DNA of 38,336 nt, taken from IMG/VR virus record IMGVR_UViG_3300032319_000060, positions 1 through 38,336 of that record, one strand, 5' to 3'. The translations under genes and the position numbers were made by a program. Shown here piece after piece: positions 23,642 through 32,028 of this stretch. Source of the DNA: a virus. Its lineage: Duplodnaviria > Caudoviricetes. The notes beneath the pieces were generated by a model. That model saw only the letters and a list, made by a program, of their open reading frames with translations. It ran no database searches and had not been told where the DNA came from. The first letter of the stretch is position 1, and every line of letters starts with the position of its first letter.

Positions 23642-23820
23642 TTATCCCTCTTGTCGTAATCTTCCCAGGTATAATTCCAGCAGGCTTCTACTGCTTCGTC
23701 TCTCGAAGCGTAGGTATCGAAGTGCGACCAATCATCTTCGTTCCCATAACCAGGATCGTCAATATAAACAGACCACTCTGGCTTTCCATCTTCATCCAAC
23801 TCTTTCTTGATCCACCTCAT
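23638..23820 (-). CDS. Small acidic, aromatic-rich hypothetical protein
   Basis: 60 aa, ATGA overlaps at both ends. Confidence 0.65.
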   Translation of the reverse strand: MRWIKKELDEDGKPEWSVYIDDPGYGNEDDWSHFDTYASRDEAVEACWNYTWEDYDKRDK

Positions 23821-24113
23821 AATCTTGGTACCTCTTTCTTTATTTGAGCTAACACGAACAGCGACCTTACCAACGCACGCTCAAGATGGTCAACACTTGT
23901 TTCACCATTGTTGTCAGGACAAGGCGAAGATTTGTGAAGCTGCATCTGCGCGGTGGCAAGATGACGTATCGCGCGCGCAATATGGTAATCGTGCGTAGGA
24001 CGATCCTTCTCCAGCCAATCGCCGTAGGCAGACTTATCCGATCCCTTGCCCATCACACGCCACACGATTTCCTGCGCAGCGTTGCCCATCTCTTGGATCG
24101 TTGGAGCGTTCAC
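23817..24113 (-). CDS. Possible dATP/dGTP diphosphohydrolase-like (DUF5664-like) protein
   Basis: G..K..YGDW...HIARAIRHL...D..GE...DHLERA...LF pattern; GTG start overlapping the upstream stop. Confidence 0.5.
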   Translation of the reverse strand: MNAPTIQEMGNAAQEIVWRVMGKGSDKSAYGDWLEKDRPTHDYHIARAIRHLATAQMQLHKSSPCPDNNGETSVDHLERALVRSLFVLAQIKKEVPRL

Positions 24114-24928
24114 AGCTTCATGCCTGGAGGTGTGTATTGCTTCACCCATGACCAAACCTTCTGCATCGCGCAGAAGGCTATACCGGCCTGGTAAAGCTCA
24201 TCCTCATCCCAAACCTTCGTCATCAGTTTAGTTGGATCGTTGGATGCTAGGACCACAGATACACAGGCGCACTTAGGATTCTCGCTTGCCGATCTGTAGG
24301 CCCAAAGTTGGGCGCAGTCCGTATCGTAGAACGGATCGTACTTCGGATTAACCTTCCGATTCTTTAGGTCGATGATAGCGTCACCCACATTGCGTAGCTT
24401 GACGTAGGCATCACACCTTCCCGCATAGCCTGCGCCGACAAGACCCTTTTCGCACCAGTACGTTTTCTCAATGTTTGCATCGGACCACTTCTTAAAGGTT
24501 TCGATATACGGAGCAAGTGCTTCATCTCCGGATACGGCTCTTCCGAGTAGGATGTTCTCCATTTCGGTGTGCATTTTTGTTCCGTGTTCCGCTGCTTTCC
24601 CTGTTGATTCTTTCGAGTCTTTAACGACCCTCTTTGCGTAGTCTTCGAGTGTTTCATTTTCCTCCTTTGGCAGCGTCAAGCATGCCATGATTGCCTGTTC
24701 GATCTTCCAATTGGTAAGCTGTGGCTTGTCAAGAATAGATAGGATGCTTGTGACGCTAGGGTACAGAAGCATCTTTCTGGCATCAGCCACAGTAGTGTTG
24801 CGGAAATTTCCATTTTTGCCCATCACAGTATGGGCGGATTCACCCTCTGCTGTGTACCAATGACCCGCCTGGTCGCTGTGGACCAGACGGGTATTGGATG
24901 GCTCCTTACTGGTAATAGTAAGTGCCAT
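24110..24928 (-). CDS. PD-(D/E)XK exonuclease (Cas4/YqaJ-like recombination nuclease)
   Basis: HWY, PSVTSIL, KPQL..W, GTKMH, YAGRCD, IIDLK and QLWAY motifs. Confidence 0.85.
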   Translation of the reverse strand: MALTITSKEPSNTRLVHSDQAGHWYTAEGESAHTVMGKNGNFRNTTVADARKMLLYPSVTSILSILDKPQLTNWKIEQAIMACLTLPKEENETLEDYAKRVVKDSKESTGKAAEHGTKMHTEMENILLGRAVSGDEALAPYIETFKKWSDANIEKTYWCEKGLVGAGYAGRCDAYVKLRNVGDAIIDLKNRKVNPKYDPFYDTDCAQLWAYRSASENPKCACVSVVLASNDPTKLMTKVWDEDELYQAGIAFCAMQKVWSWVKQYTPPGMKL

Positions 24929-24933
24929 ATAAC

Positions 24934-25581
24934 TTAGAACGGTACGTTTTCGCCGTTGCCATCTTTGTCTCCGATTTTGATAGGACCAGAAGACGATCCG
25001 GATGCGCCAAATTCCTTGGATGCGCGGATCTTATCCTGCAACCATTCCGGCATATCCTTGAACTGACCGCCTTCCTTCTCCTCGATCTCGTAGTACATAA
25101 GATCGTTGGTGGTTTTGGCAGGAGCAGTCATGCCCTTGGGAAGTTTGGAAGCTCCGGCAATGGCGCAGTACTGCCGCCCCTGCTGGCTGGTCTTGTGGAT
25201 CAGAGTCAGCATGGCTGGCTTGCCAAGAAGGTTCTTCAAGCTGAATGCCTGCAGTTCCTTGGCCGTGAATGTCTGGCCGCGCCATTGTTCCAAGAGTTTC
25301 CGCAGGCTGGCTTTCTCGCCTAGACTGCGGGTCTGCTCGATGGATACGACCATCGGCTTGCATACCTTGGTACGCTTCCCATTCTCCTCAACCTCGAACT
25401 CGTCCGTTTGATCCGGAAGCTCGAAGGTTAGTCGAACTTTGGGTGAGAACTTCTTTTGTCCTTCCCAATTCGTTTCCTGGTGACCGAGGTCAACCAGACT
25501 GTAAAGAACGCCAACTGTTGCACCGGCTTCGGGCAACTTGCGCTCTGTGTTCTTTGATGTTTCGCTTATGGTTAGTGCCAT
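24934..25581 (-). CDS. Single-stranded DNA-binding/annealing-like protein
   Basis: VDLGHQ, LTFEL, SLGEKASLRK.L..WRG and LLGKP motifs; SSB-type C-terminal tail ending VPF; beside the exonuclease. Confidence 0.7.
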   Translation of the reverse strand: MALTISETSKNTERKLPEAGATVGVLYSLVDLGHQETNWEGQKKFSPKVRLTFELPDQTDEFEVEENGKRTKVCKPMVVSIEQTRSLGEKASLRKLLEQWRGQTFTAKELQAFSLKNLLGKPAMLTLIHKTSQQGRQYCAIAGASKLPKGMTAPAKTTNDLMYYEIEEKEGGQFKDMPEWLQDKIRASKEFGASGSSSGPIKIGDKDGNGENVPF

Positions 25582-25591
25582 GTTATCTCCT

Positions 25592-26050
25592 TTATTTATT
25601 TGGGTTTATTGGTTGTATGTATGTGGGGTGAAGTTCGTCTGGCTTTTTAACCCAAAAGCCTCCGCCTACTGCGGTGTGCGTTAAAGCATTGGCATGCTCA
25701 ATCTCCATGCGAGGAGGAGCGATTGTTCTGGCAAGTTCACAAATGTCATCGGCTGTCAAAATTACCAGCCACTTCTTTTCGCCATTGCGCCGGAAGAACA
25801 CCGCTGGGATCTTTCCATTGGGACAATCACGCATGGCTTGTTGCATCCAGGCTTCCGGCTTTAACTGCTGGCAACGCTTGCCTTCGATATGAAAAGGAAA
25901 GTTCTCGCAAACCACATCCCCGCTACCGCCTTCTGGATTGCCTGCGTATTGGGCGGTCCTTCTGGCCTTCTGCCACCCCTGCTCGCGTAGGTATCCTGCT
26001 AACTCCCGCTCTCCCGCTGCGCCCTTTGCCCTGCTATTGATTTTTCCCAT
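25592..26050 (-). CDS. Holliday junction resolvase (Hjc-like PD-(D/E)XK)
   Basis: SRAKGAAGERE, ARR, GDV, HIEGKR, P.VFFRRN...W motifs. Confidence 0.8.
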   Translation of the reverse strand: MGKINSRAKGAAGERELAGYLREQGWQKARRTAQYAGNPEGGSGDVVCENFPFHIEGKRCQQLKPEAWMQQAMRDCPNGKIPAVFFRRNGEKKWLVILTADDICELARTIAPPRMEIEHANALTHTAVGGGFWVKKPDELHPTYIQPINPNK

Positions 26051-26056
26051 CCGCTG

Positions 26057-26086
26057 GTTCTAGCGGAACGACCCATGTCGGGTCAA
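26057..26086 (-). promoter_or_regulatory. Sigma70-like promoter for the replication/modification operon; probably leaderless
   Basis: TTGACC-N18-TAGAAC ending 6 nt before ATG 26050; overlapped by short inverted repeats CCGCT/AGCGG and GACCC/GGGTC. Confidence 0.45.
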
Positions 26087-26095
26087 CAACCAAAT

Positions 26096-26341
26096 TTAAT
26101 TGCGATAATACTTATTAGCTTCCCTAATATCCCTATTGAACTGGCGCATCATCTCGTAAACAGTAAGACCCTCTTTAACTTCCGGATTTTTATTCAACCA
26201 TGCAATGGCCTCATCGAAGGATTCAACATCCCTCATGGCTTCCTCAAATTTTGCCCAAGCCTCTTCCTCAGTCATAAGCTCTGGAATATCCTCCAGCCTT
26301 GCCCTGTCGAGGGACAAAGTTTTGTGGTCAATGTTTTGCAT
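26096..26341 (-). CDS. Hypothetical acidic protein
   Basis: Up to 81 aa; true start may be MTEEEAW at the ATGA overlap (26275). Confidence 0.55.
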   Translation of the reverse strand: MQNIDHKTLSLDRARLEDIPELMTEEEAWAKFEEAMRDVESFDEAIAWLNKNPEVKEGLTVYEMMRQFNRDIREANKYYRN

Positions 26342-26655
26342 TTGGCTATCGGCAACAACCAGAAAAGATCATCATGCATTGCCCAACATACAACGTAATC
26401 TACTCCAGTAATGGGACGTTTTGGAATATTAAACCCATTTCCAATGGATGTGGTAAATCTGTACTTTGTTCGTCCCTGCTCAATTGCCTGCGCGGTCTTC
26501 ACTTGGATTCTTGTAAACTTTCCGTTTTTTTCCGTAACAAGATCATATCCGGAGAAGTCTTCATAAGGCAAAAGCACATTGTATCCACATCGTAGCAACG
26601 CGCCGGTAACGCGCGTTACTCCAATTGCACCAACCTGTCGCGAGCCTAGTTTCAT
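26272..26655 (-). CDS. PD-(D/E)XK endonuclease (PDDEXK_5-like)
   Basis: QVGAIG...LLRCGYNVLLP...YDLV...RIQVKT...VDYVVC...FWLLP motifs. Confidence 0.8.
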   Translation of the reverse strand: MKLGSRQVGAIGVTRVTGALLRCGYNVLLPYEDFSGYDLVTEKNGKFTRIQVKTAQAIEQGRTKYRFTTSIGNGFNIPKRPITGVDYVVCWAMHDDLFWLLPIAKCKTLTTKLCPSTGQGWRIFQSL

Positions 26656-26693
26656 GCTTGACGGATTTAGATTTGTCCTAGAGACTTTTCACT

Positions 26694-27032
26694 ATGAAAG
26701 CAATAATAATGATTGTAGTGACGGCGATGCTGATGGCATCGGTGATGGCGGATGACTTTGATGGCGGTGTATACGATTCTGGATACGCCGTGTTCAGCGG
26801 AGGAAAGGGATTGAGCATAACATCAAATGGATTGATAGTTGACGATGGCATATTAAAGCTCACTCCGAAGGGGGGTTATTCTTCATGCGGTGATGTTTAT
26901 TATGGCGGAGATGAAATTGTGACAAAGAGCGGATACCTTTATTACGGATCAAATGGAACAAAGGTTCAGGTTGGGGAGTATTATTCTGGAACTGCCGGAT
27001 CAACTTATGTTTTTGAGAATGATTCAGAATAA
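26694..27032 (+). CDS. Secreted Gly/Tyr-rich protein with signal peptide (moron-like)
   Basis: MKAIIMIVVTAMLMASVMA signal peptide; lone plus-strand gene with TTGACG at 26658. Confidence 0.7.
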   Translation: MKAIIMIVVTAMLMASVMADDFDGGVYDSGYAVFSGGKGLSITSNGLIVDDGILKLTPKGGYSSCGDVYYGGDEIVTKSGYLYYGSNGTKVQVGEYYSGTAGSTYVFENDSE

Positions 27033-27761
27033 TTATCCGCCACCAAAAGCTGATAGCCTATTATTAATCCTATTTTCCAGACCAACAATAAACTTCCTTC
27101 TTCTTGGATCTGCCGTAGCCCTTGCCTTTTCGTCATTTAATTGAGCCTGACTAGCCGCAATCATAAGATCTCTTGGGTTTACGCTTCCGATTGCTGACAA
27201 TGTTTTAGGTCCAATTGCCCCATCAACGGCCACATTCTGGCCGAGGCTTCTCAATCCCTCTTGGAGATACTTTGTTGCACCGCCCATGCCACGATTAAAC
27301 GCGAGATCCTGCGCGAATGGCCGGATGGCTTGTGGAAGTTGTGATACGAGTGGGGCTGTGTACTGGCTGATGTATTCGGCTGCTGCCGTTTCCCTGTCTT
27401 GGGCTGGCAATCCTGCGATTTTTCTGAAAGCTTCTGGATGGTATCTATCATTTATCCCAGCTACCTCGTAATCTCCACCCATATCACCCGCTGGCAAGGC
27501 ATACACGGAAAGATTGCCTTTTTTGTCACGCCTACCTTCCCAATTAACCGTTGTTTTAGCGGCATTTATAAGGTCAAAATTTGATGTATTTTCTGTTTGT
27601 TTTACCTCTGGTTCAATAATGTCAAAACCAAGATCAATTTTTCCAGATTTCTCCGACTCTGGTTGTTGTGCTTGCATGGGTTGTGCCTGTACTGGCATGG
27701 ATTTTTGCTGTGGTTGCGGTTGTTGAATATTGCCCTGCATCATCTTCTCGTAGCGTTCCAT
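27033..27761 (-). CDS. GH108-like muramidase with peptidoglycan-binding C-terminus
   Basis: WEG...GD.GG...AGI, DLAFNRG.G.A..YLQ, VDGAIGPKTL and F..GLENR motifs; Gln/Pro-rich N-terminal extension. Confidence 0.78.
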   Translation of the reverse strand: MERYEKMMQGNIQQPQPQQKSMPVQAQPMQAQQPESEKSGKIDLGFDIIEPEVKQTENTSNFDLINAAKTTVNWEGRRDKKGNLSVYALPAGDMGGDYEVAGINDRYHPEAFRKIAGLPAQDRETAAAEYISQYTAPLVSQLPQAIRPFAQDLAFNRGMGGATKYLQEGLRSLGQNVAVDGAIGPKTLSAIGSVNPRDLMIAASQAQLNDEKARATADPRRRKFIVGLENRINNRLSAFGGG

Positions 27762-27762
27762 T

Positions 27763-30700
27763 TTATTTCTCCTTTGGTGTTAGGTAATCCCTATTATATT
27801 TTAGGAACTGCCTTTTACCATCTTCTGCTCCACGCTCATAGGCTTTCTCTAGGGCTTTGATTTTAAAATCTTGGTCCATCCCATCAAATGTTGCGCTTTG
27901 AAATAAATTGTCAGTAAGAGCTTTTCTCCTTTGGCCTACATATTCCTGGTAAATTGAATACTGATTTTCATCAAGCCTATATGTAACCTTCTTATCCATT
28001 ACATCTCTTGACGGGACAGATGGAAGAACATCTGGATTTCCTGTTTCCTTCCATAACTTGTACAGCGCAACATTTGTCTCATCGCTAGGTACAGTTCTTG
28101 ATCTTGTAAAATCAAGGAAATTGTAAAGGAATGGGTTTGCGCCTTCCGGTGTCTGTTTGATTGGGTTACCCCACATATCTCTTTTTAGCGGAAGTTCCTC
28201 GGCACCAATTGCCTCGCGTGCAAACTCTGGCATCTTTGATTTGAGAACATTCGCAAATAGTTGCAAGCTATCATCCGTTTTTGGATCAATCATATTCTCT
28301 CTGCTTGCTTTATTGAACGCCTGTAATGTATTTGGGAATGGGATTGATGAAATTGTCCCGTACAATGATTCAAGATAGCTATCATAATCTTCTTTTGATA
28401 TCGCATTAAGAAGAGTGTTCGTACTCTTTAAAAATGTTTGATTGAGCGTATAGCTTGCAACTGATGGCAAGCCTTTGAGCGTCACATCAAGAATATCCTC
28501 AAGCAATCCAGAGCCTTCGTTCTTACTTAATACATTTGAATACACATTAAAGATTGTTCCAAGATATCCTAAATTTTCATAGCTTTTTATATCATCTCCA
28601 GCTTGGATTGATGGATCTTCTCCATTCAACATCCTATTCAAGCCAGAAATATTTATTGTATTAGGAGGCTGTGTTGCGTATTGGATTCCACGTTCCTTTG
28701 CAGATTTGGGTGCAGATCCAACAATAACACCAGCGCGATATAGGGCGGCAGCTGCTCCTCCAATTACTGTTCCAACAATCCCACTTGCTGCCATTTCCAA
28801 GGCTTTTCTTCTGTCACCTTTACTTGCGTAATAAACACTTTTTGTAAATGCCAATCCAGGTACGGCCAAATCAACAACATCAGAAACAACATTAACTGGA
28901 GTTTTTGTGTACGGAGCAACAATTGACTTAATCAATGGTCCAACTGCCGGTATCCCCCTTACTGCGTTTGCCACAACTCCAATCACAGAAGTTAGTTTTG
29001 TGTCCTGTTGGAATGTTGCCTCCGCCGCCTTGTTTGATATTCCCCTTAACTCTGTCTTCGTGGGAAATCTCACGCTTGCTAAAACTTGCTTTGGTGATTT
29101 ACCAGCTAAAATGGCTTGCTCTGCAAGAAGTCTGCCTTCTGCAAACCCTCTTGCTGGAACGTCACCAAGTGTCAATACCCTTCCTACTGTTTCTGTATAT
29201 GAACCAATTATTCCCTCGGCAAGCTTCCGCACTCGATCAATAAGAGCAATATTACCTTTTGCATTTGTAACCATATCCTTGCCCGTGAATGCTTGAGCAA
29301 GAGATTTGAATACGGTAAATCCCTTAACTCCTTCTCCAGCCAAAGCAGATGACGCTGGAATGCCCTCACCCAAGAATGCCCTAATTGCTTCCTTTGTCTT
29401 TTCAGCACCACGAATCATTGCACCCTTTGTTGTAAGTGCAGATTGTGTCATCGTCCTTGGTTGCTTGGTCACATAACTTATTACCGCATCTCCAGCGGTT
29501 GCTAATGACCTAACTCCAAGTTGGCCGACTGCCCTAGCTACGTTAAATACTGGATTTTTAACAAGAGATAACGGACTTAATAGCGTAAGTTGTATGGCTT
29601 GTGGAAGTATTTCTCCAAGAATTTTTTTAGGTAGAATGCTATCCGAGTATCTTTGCAATTTAGTTGCGGCTTTTGCGGCTACATTCCTTGCATTTTCAGC
29701 CGCAATAGCAGCCTCATCCGTTGGATTTGATCTGTAAAATCTCTCTGCTTCAACTAGGTTAGTTTTTGCTTGCTTGCTTGCATTAAATAATCGAAGAACA
29801 TTGTCCTTCACGCTTTGTGGTACATTTCTTTTCGCTGCTTCCGCTGCCTTTGATATGGTTGCCAAATAACCAGCAGGCGTGTTTATATATTCTCTGATAT
29901 TCCTTAACCCCAACCCAAACGAAGAGGCTGCCTTATCAAGTTCATTCCAATTAATTGCAGCAGATGTTGGGTCTGAATCAATTTGTCTTGCTGCAAGTAT
30001 TGCATTTGCACCAATTCTTTCAGACTCGTCATAAGAAGAAGATGAAATTCCTCTCCTTGCAATCTCGTTTAATTCATCATCAGAAAGTTCTTCAAGATTA
30101 CTTTTAATAGCACCCAATGGAACATTCTTTCTTACTGTATTCGGCTGAAGCGCAACTTCTGCCTTGAATGGCTCTGGTGCTTTTTCAGACTTCAACACCC
30201 TTTCAGCCGTCCTAGCTATTTTAGATCCTTCCGGAACTTCTGGCATCTTAAACTCTGGTCGCACTGTTCCAGACTCAAATCCAGCCTCGCCAACTACGCC
30301 TGGGCGTATTGGTTGTTGGCCTTCGATAGCTCCAATAACCTCTGATGGTTGCGGTTTTGCCTGTAATGATGGAACAGCTTTAGGTTGTAACAATTGCTGG
30401 AATTTGTCGATAGCTCTTGTTGGTCCTGCAAGCCCAGCACCAACAGCCATAGGTGTCGCAATCTCAAGAGATTTTGTTGTAATTGGAAACATCGCAATAT
30501 CGGCCTCGCGCATTCTCTGGTAGTCTGCGTAGCCTTGTTCACCAGCTAGGATTCTTGCAAGGCCAGCCTGCCCCATCTTACCAGCTTCATATCCAGCAGT
30601 TCCACCAACAAGGCCACCAGCAAGAACACCAGCAGGACCACCAACTGTTCCAGCCGCCGCGCCAACCAATGCTCCACCAACTGCGGCTGCACCAGGGATT

Positions 30701-31278
30701 ATTTGCTCACCTACTGATCGAAATGATGCGCCAAGAAAAGTCGGAGGTCTTTCTTCAATACGAACAACCTTCCCATCTTTTGCTCTCCCAACTGCGAATC
30801 CAACACCCTTCTCTTTATCAAATCCAGATGATACAGTAAGAACGCCTTGCGCTTGAGCCTTGCGAACAGCCTGCAATGCTTCTGGCTGAACCATGCCCTT
30901 CTTGATCGCTTCTTCGGTAGGGGCATATCCAGCAGATATAGACCCATCTGGCCTTGTTTCAGGTGGCAATGCTTCAAGGGCATCTGTTGCCTTGAGCATG
31001 GCTTCTTCTTTAGACAATCCAGATTGAATGTTTTTGTTTAATTCATTATTTAGAAAATCAGCACGCTCTGGAGCATATACATCTAGCGGGTTTCCACCCT
31101 GCGAAACATAGTCTCGCTTGATTTGTGACAAGTATTGCTTGTCTGGTTCAATTACTTCAAATTGTTCCGATGGCGTTGGTTGAGCATTTTCTGGCTCAAT
31201 TACGTCATAGCCAGCATTCTGCTGATCTGCTTTTACCTCTGGCTCAATAATGTCAAACCCCAAGTCGGGACTTGCCAT
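27763..31278 (-). CDS. Large internal virion (ejection) protein
   Basis: 1171 aa, Ala-rich and helical, with Gly-rich membrane-like segments (GAAAVGGALVGAAAG); PYTKTPVNV and RDMWGNP motifs typical of podovirus core proteins. Confidence 0.72.
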   Translation of the reverse strand: MASPDLGFDIIEPEVKADQQNAGYDVIEPENAQPTPSEQFEVIEPDKQYLSQIKRDYVSQGGNPLDVYAPERADFLNNELNKNIQSGLSKEEAMLKATDALEALPPETRPDGSISAGYAPTEEAIKKGMVQPEALQAVRKAQAQGVLTVSSGFDKEKGVGFAVGRAKDGKVVRIEERPPTFLGASFRSVGEQIIPGAAAVGGALVGAAAGTVGGPAGVLAGGLVGGTAGYEAGKMGQAGLARILAGEQGYADYQRMREADIAMFPITTKSLEIATPMAVGAGLAGPTRAIDKFQQLLQPKAVPSLQAKPQPSEVIGAIEGQQPIRPGVVGEAGFESGTVRPEFKMPEVPEGSKIARTAERVLKSEKAPEPFKAEVALQPNTVRKNVPLGAIKSNLEELSDDELNEIARRGISSSSYDESERIGANAILAARQIDSDPTSAAINWNELDKAASSFGLGLRNIREYINTPAGYLATISKAAEAAKRNVPQSVKDNVLRLFNASKQAKTNLVEAERFYRSNPTDEAAIAAENARNVAAKAATKLQRYSDSILPKKILGEILPQAIQLTLLSPLSLVKNPVFNVARAVGQLGVRSLATAGDAVISYVTKQPRTMTQSALTTKGAMIRGAEKTKEAIRAFLGEGIPASSALAGEGVKGFTVFKSLAQAFTGKDMVTNAKGNIALIDRVRKLAEGIIGSYTETVGRVLTLGDVPARGFAEGRLLAEQAILAGKSPKQVLASVRFPTKTELRGISNKAAEATFQQDTKLTSVIGVVANAVRGIPAVGPLIKSIVAPYTKTPVNVVSDVVDLAVPGLAFTKSVYYASKGDRRKALEMAASGIVGTVIGGAAAALYRAGVIVGSAPKSAKERGIQYATQPPNTINISGLNRMLNGEDPSIQAGDDIKSYENLGYLGTIFNVYSNVLSKNEGSGLLEDILDVTLKGLPSVASYTLNQTFLKSTNTLLNAISKEDYDSYLESLYGTISSIPFPNTLQAFNKASRENMIDPKTDDSLQLFANVLKSKMPEFAREAIGAEELPLKRDMWGNPIKQTPEGANPFLYNFLDFTRSRTVPSDETNVALYKLWKETGNPDVLPSVPSRDVMDKKVTYRLDENQYSIYQEYVGQRRKALTDNLFQSATFDGMDQDFKIKALEKAYERGAEDGKRQFLKYNRDYLTPKEK

Positions 31279-31282
31279 TGTG

Positions 31283-32020
31283 TTATCTCATCCTTACTTT
31301 CCCGACACCTTGGATATAGACAATATCTCCAGATTTTGCACCGCCTTGAATTGCTTCGTCTCTTGATTTATAGGATGGAACGGCTTGCTGTGTTTGAGGC
31401 TGTGCAGATGGCTGTGCTTGCGGTTGCGTTGCTTGTTGTTGTGCAGGCTTTGTAACCGAAGGCATTCCGTAGCTTTGAGGCATTTGATTATCTTTTAATG
31501 CCTGCATTTGAATCCCAGCAGCGTTACGCTTTTGCTCGGTTTCAATTATTTTTTGTTCAATATCCTTCTGTTGCTGTGCATATGGCTTCCCAAACAATGC
31601 TCCAGGCAAGAAATCTGGACCAGGCTTTACATTCCCACCAGCTTGAGCGGCTTGAATATCTTTCTTCTTTTGAAGATTTGTTTCAAGTTCAACTTCTGCT
31701 TTTGCCATATCAGCCTGATGCTTTGTAAACTTTCTGGATTGTTCGAGTTCCCAATCAACCTGACGTTGCTTCGCCCATTGCATTTTCTGTTCCGGTGGCA
31801 ATGCCTTAAATGGAATTGATTCTCCGTTCACATCAATCTTGAAATCCTCAAAAGGCAAAACTTGGCGTTGCGATGTTTGTTCCCTTGATGCTGCATCTTC
31901 TTCGTATCTTTTTAATTGAGCCTGTTGAAGCTGTTCACCCAATGAAGCCCTACGCAATGCATCTTGATCACCAAAAGTTTTAGGATACATCTGCGCCAAA
32001 TCTAAAGTAATTTTACCCAT
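31283..32020 (-). CDS. Putative internal virion protein
   Basis: Gln-rich coiled coil in the ejection-protein cluster. Confidence 0.65.
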   Translation of the reverse strand: MGKITLDLAQMYPKTFGDQDALRRASLGEQLQQAQLKRYEEDAASREQTSQRQVLPFEDFKIDVNGESIPFKALPPEQKMQWAKQRQVDWELEQSRKFTKHQADMAKAEVELETNLQKKKDIQAAQAGGNVKPGPDFLPGALFGKPYAQQQKDIEQKIIETEQKRNAAGIQMQALKDNQMPQSYGMPSVTKPAQQQATQPQAQPSAQPQTQQAVPSYKSRDEAIQGGAKSGDIVYIQGVGKVRMR

Positions 32021-32028
32021 AAATCTCC

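Noticed and set aside
24110-24928. CRISPR-associated Cas4
   Set aside because: No Fe-S cysteine set, array or other cas genes; context beside the SSB-like gene indicates a recombination exonuclease.
27763-31278. Virion-encapsidated RNA polymerase
   Set aside because: No polymerase catalytic motifs recognised, and it is much smaller than the N4 virion RNA polymerase.
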